Source of the DNA: Zygnema circumcarinatum SAG 698-1b
Lineage: Eukaryota > Plantae > Zygnematophyceae
Reading direction: 5' to 3'
Assembly: GCA_037447605.1 (NCBI GenBank)
Contig: CM074805.1
Location: forward strand, 1,459,361 to 1,523,360
Length of the DNA: 64,000 nt
The notes under the pieces are model-generated. The model was given only the letters and a program-made list of their open reading frames with translations. It had not been told where the DNA came from and did no database searches. Every line of letters begins with the position of its first letter. Within the stretch, counting starts at the first letter, position 1. Positions 36,902-50,400 of the stretch are shown one piece after another. Position numbers and translations under genes: made by a program.

Positions 36902-38188
36902 GATGCCACTTGGCGCTAATTCATTGGCGCCGGCGGCCATAGGGGCCCATGCATGTTTTCCACTTTTCCCTAACCAAAAGTTTAAGCTAAAAGGGATAGG
37001 GGAGAAATGCCTCAGCTCCACTTTCATGATCCCCTCGCTCACTGCAACAAAGAAGTTAATCAGAATTCGAAACACTTTTCCTTGGACGAGCCTGTGGAAG
37101 CAGCTGTGACGACTTCCTTGTTTCAGTATCCGAATCGCCAAATCAGTTTGAGAGCCGCGCATCTTGAACGCAGGACAATGAACATATGTTTCGCTTCATG
37201 GATATTGTCGACTGCCCGCTACAATTCAGGGTGGGATGTCATTCCCAGAAGCGTCGCTCGACATGTGGCTACACCCTGGGTAAGGCTACTGACTACCACG
37301 TCGATTTTCGCCATGCGAAGTTAAAATATCCATAAGGAGACGTCTCGTTTACTAATTAGTACACACTAATTCTGAGTACTTATAGTAACTTACCTTTTTC
37401 TCAACTTTTGGCAGTTTGTGTTAGTCTAGTCAAGAATTAGCCAGTTTGATAGACTTTAGGTACAGCAAAAACCAAATGATAGCAATCGCTCACATACCTT
37501 TCAATTGGAAAACCAGTTGGAATAATTTTTCTGATCTTGGGGTCTAACACATTCTTACGAGCCATATCCGTGACCCTTCCTATTCACGCTTTCGACTTAT
37601 ATTCCCTCCAGATTTGGAATGACTCCCACGATGTTGGTCGGGCAACTTTGAGCTGAGAATGTCACATAGGCGTCTACAGGCTGAAAATGTACCAAGTGTC
37701 TGCCGGCACAAGGGCTGACCCTGGTTCCGTTTTGAATTCCTGTGTCTCGATTATAACTTTTGCCCCTTCGATGAAATCACGCCAAAACTCCGCTCACAAA
37801 ACACGATCTCAGTTTATAAGTATGCAAACAATTATTTTAGAGATGACAATGAAATCGCTCGCTGCTTTGCTCACTCAACAACACTCCTTTCAGTTCATGC
37901 TCTTCGATACTTCCATCCTCACAGTCAGAATGCTTCCATAAATGAGCAGCTAGTAGTAGGGATGGTGAGCGCTTTTCCTCGATGTAGTGTTCTACTGACG
38001 CATGCAGATTCGACTTCTTACACATCTGTTGGTATACATATTTCGAGAATGTCATCGTGGTCAACTTCTGAAAAGGCTTTCTCCATTCTAACCTTAATGA
38101 CCCATGATTGTCACACCATTCATAATCACCTTGAGTTTAACAAATTCTGTCTCATCTCTTCAGGTCGGACAGAAATTGGTGAAACACG

Positions 38189-41100
38189 TCATGAAATGTC
38201 GGAGTCGTAGTTGACACGGTACTTTGGAAAGGCGGAGAGCATGGCTCTGTCCTTCTCACTTGTCGCCGCCGATCTGTCAAGTCCCATTGCTGCCCGGAAC
38301 TCCACCTGGTTCACACCCGCCCAATGCGCAGGGGTCAGGATGCACCCTTTTTCTCTCCTAGGCATGAAAGCCCATCCCCCCCCATCGCTCCTCAACTATG
38401 CAGCCGCTTCTGGAGTCTCACCTCAAAGGGATCTCCATTGGGCTGTGAAAATTCTGGGTCGAAGTACTCAGGTTGCCCAGCCATTAGCTCCTCTCGAAGG
38501 TAGTTCAAATCAACTCCAGTCGGTAGCCCCTCTGCGAAGTCCTCCTCTCCAGAAAGTGAATGCCTCTGCTCATTTCCCCATTTGAGCTCTTGGAATGCAG
38601 CTTCTTCAAATCTTGACCCTCCAAAGCTGAACTTCGATCATTTGACGCATTGCACGTATTGAGTTTTCTGCTTCAGAACTACATTCAATTACAAGTTGAT
38701 AACTTAAAGTCTCACCGTGAAGAATTAAACGGCCACGGGCCCACACCGAATGAAGTGCAGCTCCACCAACTCCCCCACTGCAACCAAAAATACATTCAGA
38801 ATGTTCTTGTAGGGATTTTAGGCTCTTAAGGCTCTGGAAGCACAAAACTGGAGAGAAAGCAGAATATTTTGAACAAAAACTGTGTTTCACTACCTCGCCC
38901 ATACTGGATGCTATTGGATTGATCAGCACTGCATAAGGTATAGCTTATTGTCATTCTTGGAATAGCGTCTGTCTTCCTCCTCTCTCCTCCATATCTTCCT
39001 CACAGGCTCCCAAAAAACACAGACCGAAGGTAGAACTGAACAATGTGTAAATAAGATCCCTCCACCACCCTCACCCCCCCCCCCCCTCCCCCCCTCTCCT
39101 TTCCCCCTTTCCCACCACACTATCCCCACCTCTCTTACCTGGGGCGCCCCAGAACAAGTTTGTCAATAGGATCACTTCGGCGCAACAAAGACAAAGCTGT
39201 GAGGTCATATAACGCCTGCAACATCGCAGACCCATTTACACCAAAACCTGGGCTTCAAACTGGGAAGAGAAAAAGATTAATCAAGCATTATTGATAGTTT
39301 TGTATCGCTCCCATGGGAAACATCGGAGCAAGAGAACAGACTCACTTTGAAGCAAGCATAGCACCTGCTATTGTCGACAATCCAACTAATCCCCCGTGCT
39401 TTTCCAATTCCTCGAGGATAGTGAGAAATATTCACACTTCCTATGGCAGGGTTTGAGAAGTTTGGGCGTTTAAGCTCTCACCATGTCTGCCTCATACCCC
39501 TCCTTAATGGCTCCTATTTTTGAGCTCAGACCAAGAGCGGCTGCACCTCCCTCTGCAGCAAGTTTGATGACTTGCCGTGGGGAGACCCACTGGCGGTATT
39601 CAGGGCTAGTGAGCTGGAGGGGCAAGGAAGGCCAGTCAGATTCAGAAAAAGGGGTCTCAAGAAGGGAAAGGAAAAGGAGACGCAAGAGGGGGGGATGGAG
39701 AACAAAAAGAAGGGAATGGAGAGGAGTGGGGGGAGAAAAGGAGGGATGGGAAGAAAGGAGAGAGCAAGTGAAGAGTGGAACGAACGGAGAGGAGGAAGGA
39801 AAGAAAGGGGAAAGCGGGAGGGAGGAGGCAAGGAGCCAAGAAGAAAGCAGGAGAGAATTGAGGAGAGGAACAGTGGTTCAGGGAAGGAGAAACAGGGCAG
39901 ACTTGATGGAAAGGGATAGCAACTTAAAAGGGAAGTAGACAGAAGAGAACACTCCGTTAGCAACTTCCCTGTTCAGCTCGACTGTTTCAAAATCTTGTTC
40001 TACCGTTGAATTAGAGAGTTTCTACAGCCTTTGCTACTTATCTATAGCAGGAAGCACTTACCGGATTGAGGATACAGGCCAACTTCATTGCTTCAAATAG
40101 ATCCTGACAAAACGAAGCCCCCATCAGCATGTCTCCGTTATGCTCTCACTTGAAGAATGACAAAGAGGGCAAAAAGTACAATTTATGAGGAGGCTTCCTT
40201 TCTCATAACAAGTAAACAGCACATTCAGCACTCTGGAATCCCTATGTTCGCAGTTGCTCAATCAACACATTCTTTCCCAAAGTGTCTCACCTGCCCATCG
40301 TTGGAGGCTGGTCCATCGCAGCCTATAGCCACTTTCATGCCTTTGTCCAAATACGACCTGCGTTCCAGGAATGGTAACACTGTCATGGTTGAATTACACA
40401 TCAGTTTTTTCTCAATCCCACCTTCACCACTTGCCATTTCTCCACCTCCACGATGCAGTTTACCATATTGAGGAAAATGAGGAAGAAAACTGATGTTTGA
40501 TGACTGATGCGCAGCCAATTGACTATGAAGAGTAGATTTAGGAGAAACCTGAGGAATGGAAAGGGGTAGTTGAGAAACTGACGTTAGTGGAGCGATTCCT
40601 GATCCTAATCTGCAATTGGCGACAGGATTGTGTACCGCAACCGCACCCTTTCTCGCCATAATATTTTGCTCCTCGTCTTCCTGCAGCCATTGCAGTCACA
40701 GCCACGTGAGCCTGAAGCAAAAAAAGAGATCCATGCCTGGGTATGTATGGCATGAAGCTCTATGTATCGCAAATCTAGCGAGGAAAAGAGGGACTTGAAG
40801 AAATGGGGGGAAGGTCTTACTAGCCAGACAGAATGCGCGCATGAAGTGCCGGGAAGGTCAAACCAGCCTATATCACTGAGCCACTTCACTGCACCTCCAT
40901 CCGGAAACACTATTCGGCTTTGCAGTCTGCACGGAACCCTCTCTTTCCATGCAATGAGCATCATTTCAAGCCCTTCTGCACCTTCCCCTCCCTCTGATCA
41001 TGCCCTTCTCTGCTCTCGCGCACACCAACGGCATGTAGGCTGAATCCAAGCATTACTGATTTCTTTTTTAGCATTCAGAGTAATCTGAACGAACATATCT

Positions 41101-44100
41101 TTCATTACTCCTGCCTTTGAGCGCACCTCTGACCCCGAGTCTCCAACATGTGAATGTGCCCTGCTAGGTTGTACTTTTTCCGCAGCTCTACGGCACCCCT
41201 CATTAATTCCTCCTACGGGAAGACCACCAGAACCCAAGCAGACACAGACAAGGTCAAATTGATCTTCCCATAAAAATTAATTCCTCGGATAAACTCACCA
41301 AACAAAGTCACGCAGTATCTGACGAGTACGAGAAAGGAGAGCATTAAGCCTGATGCATGACAGCTCCATGACTATGAACATATTCCGCCTTTCAGAATAG
41401 ACACTCGAATCAAACCAAACCAGCTATGAAACCCAAACCATGATTACACACAGTACCCGAAACATGCTTCCCACGCAATGACCCTCCTGCTTGATAACCT
41501 GTATGTTTGAAGCTGCATGCTGCTCCCGCTGCTTTCGTAATAGTCTGTCGTCAAGATAAGAAAGTATACAAGACCTGTATTCCTGCCTCTGCGTTTGCAG
41601 TCCTCTTTCAGTCACCACTCAATATAGAAACAGGTTTGAACTGACCGAGCAGCTTGTGATCTGCACAGGGCCCAACGCAATGTTGATGCCTTCCTCGGGA
41701 CGGTGAAACTTTTCCACAGCTGCAGTCCAAAACTCCAAAATTCTTTTGGTTTCTGCAGGCTGTCCTCTATGCAAAAAGCACGCAGAGTCCCCCAAACCGG
41801 CATCAGAGAACAAAAAAACGAGGCTCGAGTCAGTATGTGAAAGGTGTGCAACAGGTTTGAGCGCATTGTCATAAAGGAAATAGAAATGCATACAGCCAAA
41901 TGTGCAAGTTCGTTGAAAAAGAAATGAATAAAAGACACGCTCAACGTTCTGGGTCAACCGCGTTCTTTACAGCAAAGTCTATTTCATGTGATTCTTTTGT
42001 AGTTTTTGACGTAATTGCACGGTCCTTACATCGCGAGGCGGATACTCTTCTCGAATTGTTCCATCAGGCTGAAGCCCCCCTAATACCCTTCCTTCTGACT
42101 TGGCCTGCGCATTTTGCTCCTTAGCATTCAATACCAAGGGAATGTAATTCTGCAAACATGCAGTAAGAGCGGGCTTCAATGGACAGGCTCCCATCAACCG
42201 TTCCTCGCTAGCCTGTTTGCAGCACATTGCTAGAGTTTCGTAGCCTGCAGTGGATAGCATGCTCCTGAAAATTGCTCCTGGAACTAAGGAGTGAGAATTG
42301 AATAGTCCAAAGGGCACAATGGGAAGTCGTTAATATGATGGGCTACTCGTTGAAGGGAACACTATTGTCAGCAATGGGGTCATGACGACTGACATGCTCA
42401 AGCATGTTCACTGGTCAGCTAGTAGCCTATGACACAGTTGAGGACTTCCTATATATTTTCTTGTTTCTACGATATATGAGAAATAGATGGTCAAGGACAA
42501 CACTAGAATTGCAAATAACTTTACATGTCATCAGTATCTAGCAAAGCATGATTGAAAGCCCATTCAGTGTAACTCAAAAGTGGAAACAGCACTGTCAAGC
42601 TGTGTTGAAATATCTCAAATCATTTGGCAGACATCCAATTACCGTTCGAGGCATGTCTCCAAACATCCTGAGGCCCTCCAAAACATTGAAAGGTGATTTA
42701 GTGCATATGTTTCGCTTAACCCAAACGCTTTCGACACACAGTAAAAGAGAAACCTTGCGAGAGATACAGGTGATTGGAACAGTATGTTGAGCAGTGTTGC
42801 ATGAAAGGAGATGATGCTCAATCGAGGAAAGCCAAGCAATCGAGCATCAAGCAAGAATGTCCGAATGACGACAGCTTCCGGTTTCCAATTTAACGTTTCA
42901 GAACAAGGTTAGTCTCTTGTAAGGATACCGGAGCTTACGGCGCGATGAACGCGCGTAGACCGAGCTCCTTGTATGCTTTCACTGCTGCCTCCACATCTTC
43001 CAAATTCCGGACAAATCTGTGCTTTACATCACCCGCGAAATCTCCAACAAGTTCAGAGGATAGCACGCAATGGACAGGATAGGTACGTGCGTGTACTGTC
43101 TTTCCTTCAAAGTAAATGATACTCTTTCATGTTTTCTGGCTGGGGCCATTCCAACTGACCTTCAATACTGTCAAAGCGGATGACAAAGAGGTCCCACTTC
43201 GATGGTGTGTGAAATTATCAATCGGATAAAACCATTTTTTTTTCGTTACAACATGACCTTTTTTTTCGTTATACAACTTTTTCGTCTTTCTTTGGGCTGG
43301 AAAATAGACTACAGAGTGTCTGGACGACAAGCTTTTTTAAAATGGAAGGTGGTTACAGAAGAGAGCAAGGCAAGAAGGTGGCCATGATATGGAGTATTGA
43401 GTGAGTACAAATGATCCATAATCGCTGTTCCACCCGATAGAATTGTCTCGACTCCAGTCCATAAGGCCGACAAGTACACCTGTTGTATCCACAGCATTAC
43501 ACAACACATATCCACCGTGAGGAGGTCATACACAATCACAGCCAAAGCATACCCTGGCCAGCATCATAACTCCAACTATCATCAGTCAGGCGTCATGAGC
43601 TCTAGAGACCGACTAGTTGGATTAGTTGATCTGCAACAGCTGAGCACCTCCGTGATGGAAATGGGAACTCGAATACGGATAAAACTGTTAAGGGATCTCA
43701 AGGTTAATGCCTTGGTCCAAGAAATGTAACAAGCTTATAACCTTACCAAGGCCCACTTTGTGGGCCCGAACGAGTTTGAAGTATTGGTACTCATGCGGAT
43801 AAGCAAGAAGAAAAATTATCATGAAGCACATCTACAGAATACTCATCAAAGCATGAGTTCCGGTACCAGTTCTACTTCCTGATACAATCCTGTATGGGAG
43901 CAGCATCTCTGACTAGCCTCGCTATCCTCCTAGAAGCTGTTCGCTCCAGATTCGGAAACTGGTGGTTTTGGTCGCACACAAATTCAAACTAAGCTTCTAA
44001 CAGATTTGGCTACATTGGCAGCAAGCGCATGAAGCTCGTGAAGGACACTGCATGAAAATGAAAACCTCAAGCGGTGCATAAACAGCAACATCCTGTCAAA

Positions 44101-45813
44101 TTACCACGTGAGAAGATGTTGAAGGGTCTCGCGAGCGCGGGTCACAATTTTTGTACTGTTGTGGCAGCCATAGCTCAAGCGGCTGCAGGATAGCGAATGT
44201 AAGCAGAAGAGGATCGGTGAGTCACAGAAAATGTCAAGATAAAGGCTACTGGCCAAAAGGAGATAATGAGACTAAATCGGGACCAGAACCTCGATCACCG
44301 GAATTCATAAAACTACTGCACGTGGGAATCCTTTATCTCAAGTGGTCTGACTCTTGGCAGGTGGCTTAAGGAGACGTAGGGCCTACCAGCATTTTCACCA
44401 ATCCTCGGCCCCATGCTTGAATACTGTGCGTGTGGGCATTTACAAAGCCAGGGAGGAGCTGCAAGGTGTCGAGAAACAACGAGAAAGATCTGGTGAGTAA
44501 GGTGAGGTGAGTGAGTGAGGCGAGTGAGTGAGTTCAATGTCATTGCTCTTCCAATTCCCATGCAAAAATGGTCCAGCATTTTCTCTATATCGATAAGTGA
44601 CCTGATAGGTCAACCTGATCCTCTTCAATCAAGGCACCTACACTAACTATTAACTGTGAACAGCTTGTGCAAGAGACTGGTGGTTTATAAATCATTCTGC
44701 CCATAGAGCCCTTTCACACTGGAATGGATTTAAAGCTCTATTTTAAAATGGCAGAAATCAGAAAGAGTATAGATGATAAAGCATTCGATATTTCCTGGAC
44801 ATAAATGATTCTATCTGTATAAGACACGTGAAGCTTGCATTACATCGTTCACACATAACTGATCCAACTCTCCAACTACGTACCACATTGGTCAAAATGT
44901 TTTCAACTTTCAATTGCATTTCTGTTCAGAAAACCTCTGACCGAAATCGTACGTCCTTTACCATTCTACTCCATCGTTTATCGTCCATAAACCAATCAAC
45001 GAAATATCTGGAGGCTGTCTAAAGCATTTACAATTCAGCCGTCAGTATCTCTGTATTACATTTGTATCGAGTATTGTGCTGCCGTTACACTTCAGTATAC
45101 CGTGACTCAAAATGACCATTTTCTTCCTGGCCGATATTTATCACGGCAAGATGATTGCATGAATGCCTCTTATTCCTAGAATCCCGTCCCAATTCAAAAT
45201 GAGGCACTAGACACAAAGGGTTCTGGAACCAAAAAAAAAAACTTGCTGTTTTCTTGCCAAAAGTTCAGCTTAAATCAGACTTAAAAAAGTACATACACAA
45301 AGAGAAAACACAATACTTAGTTCCAAATAATGAAGGCGCGGTAGTGATTTTTTTGATGAAACATCGTTCTCGCTGAGCCCCCCCATTCTTTGCAGCAAGT
45401 CCACTGGGCCTCACTTAATGAGTGTTGAAGTAAAACAATATTGGTACAGTAAAATGAACAGGCGCATGCTATATCTGAGAAGTTCTAAGCCTTGCTGCCA
45501 TTACCTTAGACAACAACCTCCCCGACACCCTCCATTCAAGAACATAAGCTGTCCATTTCCAGGACCAACTTTTGCTCCTTTGAAGTGACATTGTGTGAAA
45601 TTATGAATATGCAGGAACATTAAAGTTTAAAATGAGCACCATTTTGTTCCTCCCGTCAACAACAACGACATCCGAGCCCTGCAAGGATGGGGCTTCCTCC
45701 TGCAGCGATGGCTGCACGCTCGAGATGAAGCCATTGCAGACGCGCACATCGCAAGTGGCATACCCCTCCTCCTGAGGGACCAGCACATTCGTAATGAGGA
45801 GCTCGCCAGCCAT
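38189..45813 (-). CDS. Metal-dependent amidohydrolase, TRZ/ATZ / MTA-SAH deaminase-like family; many exons
   Basis: MAGELLITNV...; LLPGFVNAHTHS (HxH metal motif); QVYLSALWTGVETILSGGTAIMDHL; KAYKELGLRAFIAP; FHRPEEGINIALGP; AHSVWL; VAVHNPVANCRLGSGIAP; VAIGCDGPASNDG; IGAIKEGYEADM. One internal exon could not be placed exactly. Confidence 0.9.
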
Positions 45814-46192
45814 GGCCGCCCCGCTCTCCCTCCCTTCCTCCCTGCGAGGTGCTCCTGCAGCTGCAGCCCTGGCCCTGCAGCGCAGCACAAGCTGCCAGTT
45901 TTCCAAGCAATTGTCCGACCCCGATTTCGAGGGCGATATGGCGATATCAGAACCAATATAGCCGGCCGTCAAACATCGCTGACGGCCGTCTCGGAGCATA
46001 CACACATACATAGCATGGCCCACGGGCCACGGCTAGTCCGCTACAGCAGCGGCCGTCCGGCCGGCGCCCGCCTGGGAACGATATCGATCGATAGCCGGCG
46101 ATATGTTCGGTACGCGGCGACCGGCCGCCCCACGAGACCTGCTCTCGGCGGACAGTCTCGGAATCTTGGACGATTATTCAGACGACGAACAC

Positions 46193-46630
46193 TGACCGTT
46201 GGATCTCCGATTGCAAGGTAATAGTGACCGTTCGATAACCATGTGTCACCACGTGGACAATCTCGCTTAGCTGACCGTTGAATATGTCACGTGTACATCG
46301 TTGACCGTTGAATATGCCACGTGTACATCCTTGGATCATTGACCGTTGGATAAATCACGTGTACGTACTTGGAAAAGTGACCGTTGGATAGGTCACGTGT
46401 ACATACTTGGAGTAATGACCGTTGGATACCGTACTCACAGCCGTTGGATTCTCCACGTGTAGAAAAGTAAATAGCTGGCACGTGTCCTTTTGTCGGGTGT
46501 CGAAACCAACGACCATTGGATGTGGGACCACGTGGACCAATAGGGCTATCGGTAGACGCGTGTGAATTGAAGGACGGTTAACCGTTGGATATGTCAAGTG
46601 GAGAGGCGAGGGATTTCTGGCCGTTGGATG
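46193..46630. repeat. Degenerate tandem array, about 11 units of TGACCGTTGRAT, most followed by CACGTG
   Basis: Units at about 46193, 46225, 46272, 46302, 46340, 46378, 46416, 46439, 46510, 46580 and 46619, with 30-40 bp periodicity in the core. Confidence 0.85.
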
Positions 46631-47422
46631 CTGGCCCTGGTGGGCAGCCGTACGCCTTGTTGGCCGGGGCGGCCCGGCTGGGCTTTGCTCGTTCAGGGCC
46701 TGCAGTGCCTGTAGCAGGCAGGCAGGCGCTGGAGCGCAGGGCCACGCCTGCAGCTTCGGGTGCAGGCGAGATGTGAGCGGCCAGACCCTCCCGTGCGCTA
46801 ATTTCTGGAGAATTTAGTGGACTTTTTTTCAGTTTTGAATGAAAATAGCAGAAAAAATCACGAAAATATTCACGCTGTTCTTTCCCTTAAAAATAAATTT
46901 TAAGGAAATATTTTTCTTCTTTGTTGCCTTCCCTGTTTAACTACATCGATTTAAAGAGAAGCTATCAGTGCCACTTACATAGGTTTTATGTCTCTTTAAT
47001 AAAATTGGAGGGGAACGTCGTCGCTGGCCCTTCATTCATTCTATCTTAAGATGCAATTCAGCTTCCTTTCGATTGTGAAAACATAATGAAAGGACTATTC
47101 TCAAGTTTCGCTTTATCTAATTCGCAGAGAAAAATCATTAGCATGGACACTGGCGTCCGGTCATATTGTAAAGTCATGTTTTGAGGGACTCGCAAGTCTC
47201 GCTTCAATTAGTGAGTGGCAAGAGTTTCCCAGTCTAGAGCCTGTCCTCGCATTTTACCAAAATTCATAACGTATCCTTGCACGAAACAGGGCATAAAGTA
47301 TGTTTTTACATTATTCAATCTTGCTCATTCGTTTGTTATTTTTTTTTTTTTTTGCTTCGTGCGGTGCAGTTGCCCATCATATTTTTATCTTGCTCGCTTT
47401 CTAGCCGCTGGAGGGCTTTACA

Positions 47423-50400
47423 ATGAAGGCTCTCGTGTGCCAGCGCTTAGGAAATCCTACAGCTTCACTTAATTCAAAGGCATGTACTTTTCCACATTAT
47501 CGTACAAGAACTGATATCGTGCGTTGCAAATCGCTACATGTCTGTTGTGGCGACAGCGACGTTTGACAGCACGCGGTGAATCAAACTTTGTAGGACTGGA
47601 TGTCTTCGCATTGCAGTTGAAAATCAGGAGACTAAAATGAAAGTGATGTGGCATTGATTTCACGATGGCGATGGTGCCATCCAATGTACATGGACAAAAT
47701 CATCATGGGAAACCTCAAGGAACTGATCACAAGGGAGAGACTAACGTTTTTTATCTGTTGATGTGTTATCATAGAGAATGCAATCTATAAGACTTTTGGC
47801 CATCTCACGAGAGCTAATATAAGGTTGTGCTGTAGAAAATGAGCACTTGAAAGAATTTTGCTCTTGTTCATTTATGTGGAAGTGAAGTATGTTTTTTTCG
47901 TCAGGCACTGTGTAGTCGTACTTATCATTGCCCCATGACAGTCCAAATTTATATCTGTATGCGCATGCCAACAAACATAAACATTTGCTGTATATGAGTT
48001 GCTCCTAGATTGGAAATGTCGACTGGTACAAAGCACACCCATGGTCTTTTGTACAGAGTTCCACATTTGTAAGGTTAATAATCAAGCATCTGCTTGGATG
48101 ACGCTCGTCGATATATCGTCCTGTCTGCAGGATGCGCCATTGACTTTTGAAGAAAGTTATCCTGCTCCGTCTGGTTTGAAAAGTGGCTCAGTACGCATCA
48201 GAGTGGCAGCTGCTAGTCTCAATTTCGCAGATGCGCTTCAGGTCATGGGCAAATATCAGGCAAGCATGGAGCGATTTCAGCTACCCATACAGCTTGTTTC
48301 ATTGCCTTAACAATACGTCGTATGAGTTGAATTCGCGAAAGCGTCCGATGCATTTGCATCGACATGGAGAAGGGAGGTAATGTGTTAAATGACCCACTTT
48401 GGGATGCCTAACTAGCTTTCTTACAGTCAATAGGTAACGTTGTAAAGCGTTCATTACTACTTGTTTCCGTGATGATATGGCGCTTGCTTCAACAGGTTAG
48501 ACCTCCTTTGCCATTCATTCCGGGCTCGGAAGTCTCTGGAGTCATTGTGGAGGTCGGCCGGGCAGTTACGGAGCTGAAAGTTGGGGATCGAGTCTGCGCT
48601 GTTGTGGGAATCGGCGGCTTTGCTGAAGAGGTTCTGTGCGATGCTGCTGCAGTGTAGGCACTGCCGGCCCACGGTGGGCCTCCACACTGAAGGAAGGCCA
48701 TTTCACAAGGAAAAACTTCACACATTGGGTTGCTGTGCGTTTGTTCTGTGTTCGGAGGGCCAAAGTGGGGTTTCTTGCATTTCATAGAGTCTGCCTTCCA
48801 TTTGGGTAAGTAGGCGTACATGACACTGAAGGCTTAGCTGAGAATAGGGCTAGGTTTGTGTCTCTTCTGTGTGGTTGGAGAGTGTGCTCTTTCGAATGTC
48901 TGTACACTGGAAAAAGACTTGACCTCCTGCATTTGAACTTGTGGAGAGGCATGTCTTCGTCTGATCTCTATTAGCAATGGAGAGATGGAACTTAGGCACC
49001 GGAAAAAAGGATGTTGCCTTCTGCAATTGATGCAGTTTGCCAATTCTGTTGGATTTTCCGAAACTATCTCCATAAGAGGGTACAAGTTGAGTCTGATTTG
49101 CTGCTCAATCTGTCTAACAAGGGCCGGAGAGGTTGTTGCCAGGTTCCCTGTTCCAAAGTCCTGTAACCTCACAGCGGCTGCAGGACTTCCTGTAGCATTC
49201 GGTACTGCCCACCTCGGCCTCGTCCATAGAGCCGGTCTTCGTGAAGGGCAGGTACAATCACAGTGGGCACAAGTTTGGAAATGGCGTTGGATACCGACGA
49301 GTATAGTGCATCATAACCGACACAATGCATATCTATACTAGAGTACATCCATGCACTCTGCCAGCTGCTCTCAGTCAAGAGAATTCTGTGTCTCAAATGT
49401 ACAAGCATTCGGGAATCCATCGGATGGTTAGTGTGAGGTTTTAAAACGGAGACTACATAGTTAGTCTGAACAAACTTAGTTAGTCAGTTACTATTTAGTC
49501 ACCATTACTATTCAAATTATGCACTAAACTGTCGCTTCCGCTGCTGTCTCGTACAAGACCTGACTCTCTCTCTCTCTTCCTGGCTATCACTTGCAGGTGC
49601 TGCTTGTTCTCGGAGCGGCGGGAGGAGTTGGGACTGCTGCGGTGCAAATTGGAAAGCTTTGCAAAGCAATCGTCATTGCTGTGGCTCGGTACGTAGCCTA
49701 CGGAAAGCCTGCGTTCCACGCCTGCATGTTAATTTTGTGTTCGTGTATTTTCCGTACGTCTTAAACATATAGGCAGACGATCTTTGCAAATGCGGCCCTC
49801 TTGCTGTATTCCGCAGCTCCACTGTGGACGAAACAAAGTGCACCTAATAACTGCAGTTCACATCATCTATCTCTTTATGGGGACCAAAGCAAAACCATTT
49901 TTGTTTTCGTGAACTCTGAAATGATCTAGCTAATCTGGCATATCACAACCCCTAAATTGTCGTTGATCAAGCGATTTGACTTATCAGGCACAATGGAAAC
50001 ACCGCCTGTGTCACTGTCTGTCCTTCCTCTCTTCGGCACTTGGATAAGCAGATATTACCACCATTTCCTGCTTGATTTAACTTTCAAACTTGCCATCTGC
50101 TTTGTGTTGTTTGCGGTCACTATTTTCAGGGGGAAACAGAAGGCAACTTTTTTGCAAAGCCTGGGAGCCGACCATGTCATTGACACGAGTGTGGAGACGA
50201 ATTTGAAGGGCTCGGTGAAAGTGTTCCTTGACTCTCGAAAGCTGAAGGGAGTGGATGTGCTTTTTGATCCGGTTGGTGGAGCCCAATTCAAGGAAAGTCT
50301 CAAGATGGTGAATTGGGGCGCCCACGTGGTCATCATTGGGTTTGCGAGTGGGGACATACCCAATATTGCGGCGAATGTTGCGCTTGTGAAGGTCAGATTC

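Noticed and set aside
39620-39950. Purine-rich tract giving Arg/Glu/Gly-rich ORFs
   Set aside because: It is low-complexity intron sequence within the amidohydrolase gene, with no periodic unit or coding signal.
46193-46630. CRISPR-like repeat-spacer array
   Set aside because: The repeats are short and degenerate, the spacers are similar to each other and variable in length, there are no cas genes, and the context is eukaryotic.
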